44,636 nt of DNA from Christensenellales bacterium (lineage in GTDB: Bacteria > Bacillota > Clostridia > Christensenellales > JBMNTQ01), in assembly GCA_050945815.1 (NCBI GenBank), contig JBMNTQ010000002.1:1-44636 (forward strand), in the 5' to 3' direction. The position numbers were made by a program, and so were the translations under genes. Each line of letters opens with the position of its first letter. Position 1 is the stretch's first letter. The notes beneath the pieces were generated by a model, which did no database searches, was not told the origin of the DNA, and saw nothing but the letters and a program-made list of their open reading frames with translations. Positions 19,857-28,672 of the stretch are shown here, piece after piece.

Positions 19857-22800
19857 ATTGAATGCGGCTCAAAAGGAGGCTATATCCCACCGCGGCGGGG
19901 ATATTCTGGTTAGTGCCGGGGCCGGCAGCGGCAAGACCTTTGTATTGAAGGAGCGGATTTTGTCGCTGGTGGAGGAGGGGGTTTTGCTGGAGGATATGCT
20001 GGTGGTGACTTTCACAAACGCCGCGGCTGCCGAGATGCGCCAGCGCATACTGGACGGCCTGATGCACAGGGATTCGCCTTCTGTTCAGGAGCAGATTCGC
20101 TCTTCGGCGGCGGATAATATTTGTACAGTGCATAAGTTTTGTATGGAGGTTTTGCGTAAGCATTTTGCGCTTATCGGGCTGGACCCGGATTTTAAGGTGG
20201 CGCAGGAGGATATTTGTGCGGAACTGAAGCAGGAGGCGCTGGACGAGCTGTTTGAGAGCTTGTATGGGCAGGGGGATGAGGAATTTTTAGCGTTTGCTGC
20301 TTATTTTGACGACGACGATGACAGCATGATGGAATTGGTGGAGCAGAGTTACCGGTTTTCTCGCAGCCACAGCGACCCGGAAGGTTTTTTGCGCAGCGCA
20401 ATGGCGAAGTATGGGGACGGGGGCGCGGTGTTTATCCGGGAGTTGACGGAGCAGGCGATGCAGCAGGCGCACCAAGCGCGCCAGTTTTTGGGCCGGGCCC
20501 GGGACTTGGCGAAAAACGCGGGGCTGGCAAAGCCCTTGGAGGTTTTGACGCTGGAGGATGCCGAGCTGGAGCAGTTTATGCAAAAGGCCCGGGAGGACTA
20601 TGGTCAGGCGGCGAACTACTTATTGAAGGCCGGGGCCCAGCTTCGTTTTCCCAGTAAAGGCGTGGATGAGGCGGTAAAAGAGCAGATTAAAAGCGAGCGG
20701 GACAGGGCGAAAAAGATTGTCCGGGGGCTTGTGGAATCGCCTTTGAACAGGAGCCGGGTGCAGATGGACGAGGAAATGGCCGTAATCGGTGCGATGGTGG
20801 GGCAGGTCGTGCGCGTAAGCGGGCTGTTTGCCCAGCGTTATGCCCAGAAGAAGGCCAAGCGGCGGCTGTTGGATTTTTCGGACCTGGAGCATTACGCTAT
20901 CGCTGCCTTAGATAAAGGCGCGGCTCAGGAGTATGTTGAAAAGTTTCAGTATATATTTGTGGACGAGTATCAGGACATTACCCAGGTACAGGAGGAGCTG
21001 TTGAGCCGAATCAGCCGTAGCAACCGGTTTATGGTGGGCGATGTGAAGCAGAGCATCTATCGCTTCCGCATGGGCGATCCGGGGCTTTTTCTGGGCAAAT
21101 ATGAGGACTATGGCAGGGGAGCGGGCAAGCGAATAGACCTGAATGAGAATTATCGTTGCAGCAGGGTGGTGGTGGATTTCGTTAACCGGCTGTTTGGCGG
21201 CGTGATGTCGCGATCGGTGGGGGAGGTGGAATATAGCAGGCAGCCTCTTGTTTTTGGCAGCGGGCAAGAGGGCGGGGAAGCGCAGATTATGGTGGTGCCT
21301 CGGGAGGACAGCGGCGATGAAGCGGCAGTTTTGGAGGCTCGGGCTTGCGCGGCGCGTATTCGCGAATTGAGAAAGGAAGGCTATGAATACGGCGACATTG
21401 CAGTGTTGATGCGGGCGGTGAGGGGCTTTGGAGACCTGTTTGCCCAGACATTGTCTGCCCAGGGGATTCCGGTTTTTGCGGACTTTGGCGGCGGCTATTT
21501 GGCGGCGCCGGAGGTGGAATTGGCGCTGAACTTCTTGAGCTTGGCAGACAACCGGAGGCAGGATGTGCCGCTTATAGCGGTTATGCGCTCGTTTCTTGGC
21601 GGCTTTGATGAGGAGGAATTGGCGCAGATTCGGCTGGGGTATCCGGACGGGGAATATTTCGACGCCCTTTGCTTAGCCGCTGAGCAGCAGACGGAGCTTG
21701 GCGAAAAGGCCCGGACGTTTCGGGCACTTTTGGATCGGTTTCGGCAGATGGCGCAGGTTTATAATGTGGAGGAGCTAACGGCGCGGCTGTTCTTTGAGAC
21801 GCCTTTCTATGATTATGTGCAGGCGTTGCCTGACGGCGTGCAGCGCAAAGCCAACCTGGACCTTTTGCTGGAGCGCGCCCGGGATTTTGAGCAGAGCAGC
21901 TTTAAGGGTTTGTATTTGTTTTTGCGCTATATACGGCGCCTGCAAAAGCGGGGGCAGGATTTGGACGCTGCTGCTGGGCGGGGGGAGAACGACGACGCTG
22001 TGCGCATCACCACCATCCACAAGAGCAAGGGGCTGGAATTTCCGGCGGTGATTGTGGCGCGTATGGGCAAGGGCATCAACTTAATCGAAGGGAAGAAACC
22101 CTGGATTTTCCACAAAGAGCTGGGCTTGGCGCTGCGTTATGTAGACCCGTCTTTGCGCGTTCGGCGGCAGAGCGCTGCGTATGCTGCTTTGGTGGCGCGC
22201 TTGAACCGGGAGCTTTTGTCGGAGGAGATGCGTATGCTGTATGTGGCTATGACCCGGGCGGAGAAAAGCTTGACGTTGCTGGGCTGTTTGAAGGAGACGG
22301 GGCTGTTGCAGGAAGCGGGGGCGGCCCCTTCGCCGCAACAGGCGAGGAGCTATTTCGACTGGGTGGGATATGTGTTTGCCGGGCAGTGGGATGTGCGCGA
22401 ATACACCGCTTGGGACAAGGAGGAGGAAGGGCGGTTTCGGCAGATGGACGGCAGCGGACAATATGGCGAGTATGTGCGGCAGCGTATGGCGTATCGCTAT
22501 GAGCAGGGGCGGCCCCTTCCGTCTAAGGTGGCGGCTTCTAAGGTGGCGGCTGCGCTGGAGATGGGCGAGCTGGCGGCTGCGCTGCCTATTAAGGAGCTGA
22601 AGGTTCCCTTGTTTCGAATGCGGGAAGAGATGAGCGCGGCGCGGCGGGGGAGTATCTGGCATTTGCTGATGCAGCTGCAGGATTTGCGGGACACTTCGCC
22701 CCAGTCGGTGGGCAGGACGCTGGAGGGGATGGTGGACAAGGAACTGATTTTCCCGGAGGAGAAGGCGGCGGTTTCTCCGAAGATGGTGTCTGCTTTCTTT

Positions 22801-23145
22801 GACAGCCCGCTGGGACGGCGCATGAAGGCTTCGCCCAGGGTTTTACGGGAGCTGCCGTTTAATATGGCGGTTTCTCAGCAGGAGCTTTTGGGAGAAGGCG
22901 GCGGCGAGCTTCTGGTACAGGGCGTGGTGGACTGTTGTTTTGAGGAAGCGGGGCGCTATGTTTTAGTGGACTATAAGACGGATGCTGTGAGGGGTGACAG
23001 CAGAGCTTGGGCGATGAAACATGAGATGCAGATAGAATTGTACAGAAAGGCGCTGAGCTTCGCCGGTATGGATGTGGGAGAATGTTGGATTTTTTTCTTC
23101 AGCACCCAAGAGGCGGTGCGGATGTGGCCCAAAGAAAAGGACTGA
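19849..23145 (+). CDS. addA: Helicase-exonuclease AddAB, subunit AddA
   Basis: 1098 aa from ATG 19849 (MFELNAAQKEAISHRGGDILVSAGAGSGKT...). UvrD-like motifs (FVDEYQD, TIHKSKGLEFP) and a C-terminal nuclease (VQGVVDCCFEE...VDYKTD). Confidence 0.95.
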   Translation: MFELNAAQKEAISHRGGDILVSAGAGSGKTFVLKERILSLVEEGVLLEDMLVVTFTNAAAAEMRQRILDGLMHRDSPSVQEQIRSSAADNICTVHKFCMEVLRKHFALIGLDPDFKVAQEDICAELKQEALDELFESLYGQGDEEFLAFAAYFDDDDDSMMELVEQSYRFSRSHSDPEGFLRSAMAKYGDGGAVFIRELTEQAMQQAHQARQFLGRARDLAKNAGLAKPLEVLTLEDAELEQFMQKAREDYGQAANYLLKAGAQLRFPSKGVDEAVKEQIKSERDRAKKIVRGLVESPLNRSRVQMDEEMAVIGAMVGQVVRVSGLFAQRYAQKKAKRRLLDFSDLEHYAIAALDKGAAQEYVEKFQYIFVDEYQDITQVQEELLSRISRSNRFMVGDVKQSIYRFRMGDPGLFLGKYEDYGRGAGKRIDLNENYRCSRVVVDFVNRLFGGVMSRSVGEVEYSRQPLVFGSGQEGGEAQIMVVPREDSGDEAAVLEARACAARIRELRKEGYEYGDIAVLMRAVRGFGDLFAQTLSAQGIPVFADFGGGYLAAPEVELALNFLSLADNRRQDVPLIAVMRSFLGGFDEEELAQIRLGYPDGEYFDALCLAAEQQTELGEKARTFRALLDRFRQMAQVYNVEELTARLFFETPFYDYVQALPDGVQRKANLDLLLERARDFEQSSFKGLYLFLRYIRRLQKRGQDLDAAAGRGENDDAVRITTIHKSKGLEFPAVIVARMGKGINLIEGKKPWIFHKELGLALRYVDPSLRVRRQSAAYAALVARLNRELLSEEMRMLYVAMTRAEKSLTLLGCLKETGLLQEAGAAPSPQQARSYFDWVGYVFAGQWDVREYTAWDKEEEGRFRQMDGSGQYGEYVRQRMAYRYEQGRPLPSKVAASKVAAALEMGELAAALPIKELKVPLFRMREEMSAARRGSIWHLLMQLQDLRDTSPQSVGRTLEGMVDKELIFPEEKAAVSPKMVSAFFDSPLGRRMKASPRVLRELPFNMAVSQQELLGEGGGELLVQGVVDCCFEEAGRYVLVDYKTDAVRGDSRAWAMKHEMQIELYRKALSFAGMDVGECWIFFFSTQEAVRMWPKEKD
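22522..22551 (+). repeat. Perfect 15-bp tandem duplication inside addA
   Basis: TCTAAGGTGGCGGCT occurs twice with no spacer. It is in frame and gives SKVAASKVAA in the protein. Confidence 0.95.
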
Positions 23146-23149
23146 TGGG

Positions 23150-23692
23150 ATGCGGATTCGATTATACCAAGGGGATATTACGACTTTGGCGCTGGATGCT
23201 ATTGTCAATGCGGCTAACCCAAGCTTGTTGGGCGGCGGCGGGGTGGATGGGGCGATCCACCGGGCGGCGGGCCCGAAGCTTCGAGAATTTTGTGCGACAT
23301 TGGGCGGTGCAAAAACCGGGGAGGCCAAGATCAGCCCGGGTTATAAGCTGAAAAGTACGTACATAATACACACGGTGGGGCCGGTTTGGCGCGGTGGCGG
23401 TGAAAACGAGCAGCAAGCGCTGCGCAGCGCCTACCAGAACAGCCTTGCACTGGCGGATGGACAGGGGCTTTCGCGCATCGCGTTTCCCTCGATTTCCACC
23501 GGGGCCTATGGCTATCCGCTGGCCAAGGCTTGTGAGGTGGCTGTGGAGACGGTTTTGGCGTTTGCAGCTAAGAGCCTGGAGGAATGCGTGTTTGTACTGT
23601 TTGACCAGAGGGATTATGAAGCTTATGTGAGCTATTTAGACGGGAAGAATATTGACTATTCGACCGGAATGGAGAAAATAAAAAATGAATAA
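23150..23692 (+). CDS. Macro domain protein (MacroD/YmdB-like ADP-ribose derivative hydrolase)
   Basis: 180 aa from ATG 23150. MRIRLYQGDITTLALDAIVNAANPSLLGGGGVDGAIHRAAG is the canonical macro signature. It starts 4 nt after the addA stop. Confidence 0.92.
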   Translation: MRIRLYQGDITTLALDAIVNAANPSLLGGGGVDGAIHRAAGPKLREFCATLGGAKTGEAKISPGYKLKSTYIIHTVGPVWRGGGENEQQALRSAYQNSLALADGQGLSRIAFPSISTGAYGYPLAKACEVAVETVLAFAAKSLEECVFVLFDQRDYEAYVSYLDGKNIDYSTGMEKIKNE

Positions 23693-24656
23693 GAATTATG
23701 CGATATTTGTGGACTTGGAAAATGCCGGCGGCAAGAGCGAGACGCTAAAAAATATTATCGAGAAGGTGAAGATGCGCGGGGATATTCTGCTGGCCAAGGT
23801 TTACGGCTATAAGGAGGAGTTTGCCGAACTTAAAGAAATTTTGTTGTCTAACACTTTTGCTGTTGTGCCTTCCTTGCGCTATGGCCGAAACCAGAAGAAC
23901 AACTTAGATATTCAGTTGGTGATCGATGCGCTGGATGTGGCGTATACCAATGATTTGATTGATTGCTACTGCATTGTGTCCGGCGATAGTGATTATACGC
24001 CGTTGGTGGGCAAACTGAAAACCATGGGCAAGTATGTTCTGGGGATTTCCCGAAGCGAGGTGGCTTCGAGGATCTTTATCAACGCTTGCAATGAGTTTCT
24101 GTTTATGGAAACGGTACGCGGACCGGTGGCAGAAACGCGGCAAAAGGGTGATGAGGAGGATAACTTGCAGACCCTGGCGGCGGAAATTCGCAGCATTTTG
24201 CTGGAGCAGGAAGGCGACGACGAGGGCTATGTGCATGCTAGTGCCTTGAAAAACACGTTGATTCGCTTGCGGCCGGACTTTTCTGAGAAGAATTTCGGGT
24301 TTCGATCGTTTGGCAGGCTGTTAGCCCAGATTGAGAAAGTGTGCGGTTGTATTGAATGCAGGGAGAACGGCAAGATTTTGAAGGTGCGCCTGGTGCAGGA
24401 GCAGGGCGATAAGAAACTGGACAAGGATAACTTTAAAGAGTCGGTGCAGCCTATTTTGCGGCGCTTTAAAGAGACTGGGTTTGACCGGGTGAACCCCAGC
24501 ATTATCAAGCAGACCATATTGGAGAATTTCCCGGATTTTGACGAGCGGGACTTGGGCGTTAAGCGGTTTAGCGATGTGGTGCGTTTGATGAAAAGCTGGA
24601 ATATGGTGGAGATTGAATTCGATGATAACCGTTGTATGATTGCCAGGATTGTGTGA
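23685..24656 (+). CDS. NYN (LabA/DUF88-like PIN-fold) nuclease domain protein with two OST-HTH/LOTUS domains
   Basis: 323 aa. NYN core (AIFVDLEN...DIQLVIDALD...CYCIVSGDSDYTPLVGKLK). Two LOTUS-like repeats follow (...YVHASALKNTLIRLRPDFSEKNFGFRSFGRLL... and ...VNPSIIKQTILENFPDFDERDLGVKRFSDVV...). The ATG overlaps the macro gene stop (ATGAATAA). Confidence 0.85.
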   Translation: MNKNYAIFVDLENAGGKSETLKNIIEKVKMRGDILLAKVYGYKEEFAELKEILLSNTFAVVPSLRYGRNQKNNLDIQLVIDALDVAYTNDLIDCYCIVSGDSDYTPLVGKLKTMGKYVLGISRSEVASRIFINACNEFLFMETVRGPVAETRQKGDEEDNLQTLAAEIRSILLEQEGDDEGYVHASALKNTLIRLRPDFSEKNFGFRSFGRLLAQIEKVCGCIECRENGKILKVRLVQEQGDKKLDKDNFKESVQPILRRFKETGFDRVNPSIIKQTILENFPDFDERDLGVKRFSDVVRLMKSWNMVEIEFDDNRCMIARIV

Positions 24657-24841
24657 ATGTGTTTGCTGCACAGATGCAGCTTGGCGGGTTGCCCTTGCCA
24701 GGGGGCGGGCAATCGGTGTAAAATAATAGGATAAGGAATCGGCGCCCGGGGCGTTTGCTGCCAGGACCCTGCGGGGCGAATTTGCGGGGGGATAGGCGCC
24801 GGCCTTGGGAAAAATTGAGGTAAACGGAGGACAAGTGAGCA

Positions 24842-26515
24842 ATGTCGGATATGCTGGAGCAGAGGGCCTCGAACTTTATCGAGGAGCTGATTGACGAGGA
24901 TTTGAAAAGCGGTGTGTACGATTATGTGCAGACCCGCTTCCCGCCAGAGCCCAACGGCTATTTGCATGTGGGGCATGCCAAGGCAATTTGCATTGATTTT
25001 GGCATGGCGGAGAAATATGACGGCGTGTGTAATTTGCGTTTTGATGATACCAACCCCCTCAAGGAGGACACGGAATATGTGGAGGCCATCATGGAGGATA
25101 TTCGATGGTTGGGGTTTGAGTGGAACGCGGTTTACTATGCGTCGGACTATTTTGAGCAAATGTACGGCTTTGCCTGCCAACTGATTGAGAAGGGCAAGGC
25201 TTATGTCTGCGACTTGAGCGCTGAGCAGATTCGGGAATACCGCGGCACGCTGACTGCGCCGGGGCAGGAGAGCCCGTATCGCACCCGCAGCGCGGAGGAA
25301 AGCTTGGATTTGTTCCAACGTATGCGGGCGGGGGAATTTCCCGACGGCAGCCGAGTTTTGCGCGCCAAGATAGACATGGCTTCGCCTAATTTGAATATGC
25401 GCGACCCGGTCTTATACCGGATTGCCCGGGTGCACCATCATAGGACCGGGGACGATTGGCTGATTTATCCTATGTATGATTTTGCTCATCCGCTGTCTGA
25501 TGCGGTGGAGGGCGTGACCCATTCCATCTGTACGCTGGAATTTGAGGACCATCGGCCTTTGTATGACTGGTGTTTGGAGCATGTGGGCTTTGAGCGGCCG
25601 CCGCGGCAGATTGAGTTTGCCCGGCTAAACCTTACGCGCACCATCATGAGCAAACGCTATTTGAAGCGGTTGGTGGATGGAGGCGTCGTTTCCGGCTGGG
25701 ATGACCCGCGTATGCCTACGATAGGCGGCTTGAGAAGGCGGGGCTATACGCCATACGCCATCCGGGATTTTTGCGGACGCATTGGCGTTGCCAAGGCCAA
25801 CAGCATGGTGGATGTGCGGTTGCTGGAGCATTGCGTGCGGGAGGACTTGAACCAGAATGCGGCGCGGGCGATGGCTGTGATTAGGCCGCTGAAGGTTGTG
25901 CTGGAGAACTGGCCGGCGGATACATTCGAGGACATTGAAGTGGAGAATAACCCCAATTGCCCGGAGGACGGCACCCATACCCTGCGCTTTGGCCGCGAGC
26001 TTTTCATCGAGCAGGAGGATTTTATGGAGCAGCCGCCTAAGAAGTTTTTCCGGCTGCGGCCCGGCGGAGAAGTGCGCCTGAGGGGTGCGTACATCATCAA
26101 ATGCGAGCGGGTGGAAAAGGACGAGGCGGGCAATGTGACCGGCCTTATTTGCAGCTACGATCCGGAAACGCGCAGCGGCAGCGGTGCGGGGAGGAAGGTG
26201 AAGGGGACGCTGCATTGGGTGGAAGCACAGTCGTCGGTTGTAGCCACTGTGCGGCAGTATGATTACCTGCTGGATGATGACGATGAATCCGGACGCGAAT
26301 TTATGGAGCGATTGAACCCTGAGTCTGTTGAGGTGTTGGAGGACTGCCGCATAGAACCGTTTGCTGCGGGAGTTTCTGTGGGCGAGCGGCTGCAGTTTAT
26401 GCGCCAGGGCTATTTTATCAAGGATGCAGACAGCGCTTCTTTGCAGCGCCCGGTCTTTAACCGGATTGTGGGCTTGAAGGACAGTTGGGCTAAGATGGGA
26501 GGGCAGGGGAAGTGA
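24842..26515 (+). CDS. glnS: Glutamine--tRNA ligase
   Basis: 557 aa. HIGH-type motif [17 protein letters not shown] motif (IMSKRYL) and a GlnRS-type anticodon-binding C-terminus. Confidence 0.95.
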   Translation: MSDMLEQRASNFIEELIDEDLKSGVYDYVQTRFPPEPNGYLHVGHAKAICIDFGMAEKYDGVCNLRFDDTNPLKEDTEYVEAIMEDIRWLGFEWNAVYYASDYFEQMYGFACQLIEKGKAYVCDLSAEQIREYRGTLTAPGQESPYRTRSAEESLDLFQRMRAGEFPDGSRVLRAKIDMASPNLNMRDPVLYRIARVHHHRTGDDWLIYPMYDFAHPLSDAVEGVTHSICTLEFEDHRPLYDWCLEHVGFERPPRQIEFARLNLTRTIMSKRYLKRLVDGGVVSGWDDPRMPTIGGLRRRGYTPYAIRDFCGRIGVAKANSMVDVRLLEHCVREDLNQNAARAMAVIRPLKVVLENWPADTFEDIEVENNPNCPEDGTHTLRFGRELFIEQEDFMEQPPKKFFRLRPGGEVRLRGAYIIKCERVEKDEAGNVTGLICSYDPETRSGSGAGRKVKGTLHWVEAQSSVVATVRQYDYLLDDDDESGREFMERLNPESVEVLEDCRIEPFAAGVSVGERLQFMRQGYFIKDADSASLQRPVFNRIVGLKDSWAKMGGQGK

Positions 26516-26799
26516 GTGCGAGCATTTTGGAAATGATTATGCTGCTTTGCTTCGGCGCTTCCTGGCCGGTTTCCATCCATAAAACGTATACGTCGCGGAC
26601 AGCAAAAGGGAAAAGTGCGATTTTTCTGATCTTGCTGGAAGTGGGTTATCTTTGTGGCATTGTCAACAAGCTGGTATTTGGGCCGCAGAATTATGTGGTG
26701 TTTTTCTATGTGTTGAACCTGGTGTTGGTGTTTGTTGATTTGATGCTGCATCTTAGGAACCGAAAACTTGACAGGGAGAGAGAGGAAGGCAAGGCATGA
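26512..26799 (+). CDS. Small 3-TM membrane protein, PQ-loop/SemiSWEET-like
   Basis: 95 aa with three hydrophobic helices. After TM1 it reads [18 protein letters not shown], resembling the PQ-loop motif (PQ..K..K.K...G.S). GTG start 8 nt after GGGAGGG, overlapping the glnS stop (GTGA). Its stop overlaps the gltX ATG (ATGA). Confidence 0.6.
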   Translation: MSASILEMIMLLCFGASWPVSIHKTYTSRTAKGKSAIFLILLEVGYLCGIVNKLVFGPQNYVVFFYVLNLVLVFVDLMLHLRNRKLDREREEGKA

Positions 26800-28253
26800 A
26801 AGTAAGAACCCGATTTGCCCCCAGTCCGACGGGATATTTGCACATCGGCGGGCTGAGGACGGCGCTTTATGGCTATCTGTTCGCTAAGAAGCATGGCGGT
26901 GACTTCATTTTGCGTATTGAGGATACGGACCAGGAACGCTATGTGGAGGGCGCTACGGAAGTGATTTATAAGACTCTGCAATTGACCGGCCTCTATTATG
27001 ACGAGGGGCCGGATATAGGCGGGGAATATGGCCCGTATGTTCAGACCCAGCGGCGCGATATTTACCAGCGCCATGCCCATGAACTGGTGGAGCGGGGCGG
27101 CGCGTATTACTGCTTTTGTACGAAGGAGCGCCTGGACGCCTTGCGGGGCGAATATGAGCGGCGTGGCGAGACGTTTCGCTATGATAAGCATTGCAGAGCC
27201 ATTCCTCGGGAGCAGGCGGCTGCGCGCAGGGCTGCGGGGGAGCCTTATGTGATCCGCCAGGATATGCCCACCACCGGCGAGACTGTATTTGACGATGTGG
27301 TGTATGGGCGTATTGTGGTGGAGAATGATACGCTGGATGATACGGTGTTGATGAAATCTGACGGGTTGCCTACCTATAATTTTGCGAATGTGGTGGATGA
27401 CCATTTGATGGAGATCAGCCATGTGATTCGGGGGTCGGAGTATTTGTCTTCGACGCCTAAGTATAACCTTTTATATCAGGCGTTTGGCTGGGAGCTGCCG
27501 GTATATCTGCATTTGCCGCCGGTGATGAAGGACCATGGGAAGAAGCTTTCCAAGCGGGACGGGGACGCCTCTTTTGAGGACTTTTTGGAAAAAGGGTACT
27601 TGAAGGAAGCCATTGTGAATTATATTGCCCTTTTGGGCTGGAACCCCGGCACCAATCAAGAAAAGTTTACCCTTTCAGAGCTGTGTGAGGCGTTTGATAT
27701 CAAGGGCATCAGCAAATCGCCGGCAATTTTCGATGAGAATAAACTGGCTTGGCTTAACGGCGAATATATCCGTGCGATGGCGCCGGAAGAATTTGACGCG
27801 ATTGCCCAGCCGTATTATGATTGCTGCTGGCAGCGTGGGCGCTTTGATACCGAGGTTCTTAGCAGGAGCTTGCAGCCGCGGGTGGACGTGCTTTCGCAGA
27901 TTCCGGAGAAGGTGGGGTTTTTGGCCCAGTTGCCGGACTATGACATCGGACTGTTCGTTCATAAGAAGATGAAGACCGACCCTGAAAAGGCTTTGGGCGC
28001 TTTGCGGGCGGCGCAGCCTGTGTTGCAGGAGCTTGCGGACTGGGATGAGGCCAGTTTGCAGGATGCTATGACGAAGCTGGCGGCGGCACTGGGCATCAAG
28101 AACGGACAGCTTTTGTGGCCGTTGCGCATTGCCCTGGCGGGGCAGGAAGTGACCCCTGGCGGCGCCTATGAAATTGCTGTAACGCTGGGGCGCGAGGAAT
28201 CGCTTCGGCGGCTGGGTGTGGGCCTTGGGAAGCTGGAAGCGGCGGCAAAATGA
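26796..28253 (+). CDS. gltX: Glutamate--tRNA ligase
   Basis: 485 aa. RFAPSPTGYLHIGGLRTAL (HIGH) and KLSKR motifs. Confidence 0.96.
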   Translation: MKVRTRFAPSPTGYLHIGGLRTALYGYLFAKKHGGDFILRIEDTDQERYVEGATEVIYKTLQLTGLYYDEGPDIGGEYGPYVQTQRRDIYQRHAHELVERGGAYYCFCTKERLDALRGEYERRGETFRYDKHCRAIPREQAAARRAAGEPYVIRQDMPTTGETVFDDVVYGRIVVENDTLDDTVLMKSDGLPTYNFANVVDDHLMEISHVIRGSEYLSSTPKYNLLYQAFGWELPVYLHLPPVMKDHGKKLSKRDGDASFEDFLEKGYLKEAIVNYIALLGWNPGTNQEKFTLSELCEAFDIKGISKSPAIFDENKLAWLNGEYIRAMAPEEFDAIAQPYYDCCWQRGRFDTEVLSRSLQPRVDVLSQIPEKVGFLAQLPDYDIGLFVHKKMKTDPEKALGALRAAQPVLQELADWDEASLQDAMTKLAAALGIKNGQLLWPLRIALAGQEVTPGGAYEIAVTLGREESLRRLGVGLGKLEAAAK

Positions 28254-28272
28254 GAGAAATTTTAAAAAAACC

Positions 28273-28301
28273 TTGAAAAGTGTGAGGGTTTAGGCTATAA
28301 T
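28273..28301 (+). promoter_or_regulatory. sigma-A promoter of rpsF-ssb-rpsR
   Basis: TTGAAA, exactly 17 nt, TATAAT. Confidence 0.8.
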
Positions 28302-28309
28302 TCATTATT

Positions 28310-28364
28310 GCGTCCTTGTCCTTGTTTTGCAAGGGCCGTAAGACCAAAAGGAGGTGAAAACGCG
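28310..28364 (+). promoter_or_regulatory. Candidate rpsF 5' leader structure (S6:S18 autoregulatory mimic)
   Basis: GCGUCCUU-GUC-CUUG-UUUUG-CAAG-GGCCGUAA-GAC-CAAAAGGAGGUGAAAACGC. This is a hairpin with a CCG-containing asymmetric bulge, and an outer helix pairs CCUU with the SD AAGG. The assignment rests on my recollection of the rpsF leader motif. Confidence 0.45.
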
Positions 28365-28366
28365 TT

Positions 28367-28657
28367 ATGAATCAGTATGAAGTACTCTACATCATCAACG
28401 CTGGATTGGATGAGGAAGCTACCAAGGCTTTGATTGAGAAGTTTAGCGGCGTCGTGACGGAAAACGGCGGCGTGGTGGACAGCATTGATGAATGGGGCAA
28501 GCGCCGGCTGGCATACTTGATCGACGATATGAGCGAAGGCTTTTATGTGTTGATGAAGTTCCAGGCTAAGGGCGAAGTGCCTACGGAGCTGGAGCGTAAT
28601 TTTAAAATTACCGACGGCGTCATGCGTTATCTGATCACTCGTCAGGACGATAATTAA
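28367..28657 (+). CDS. rpsF: 30S ribosomal protein S6
   Basis: 96 aa, MNQYEVLYIINAGLDEE...GKRRLAY. Confidence 0.96.
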   Translation: MNQYEVLYIINAGLDEEATKALIEKFSGVVTENGGVVDSIDEWGKRRLAYLIDDMSEGFYVLMKFQAKGEVPTELERNFKITDGVMRYLITRQDDN

Positions 28658-28672
28658 AGGCGGTGGAGTTTC

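Noticed and set aside
24657-24841. T-box leader upstream of glnS
   Set aside because: It is too short and has no GGUGGUACCGCG-like T-box sequence, no specifier-loop architecture, and no terminator with a U-run.
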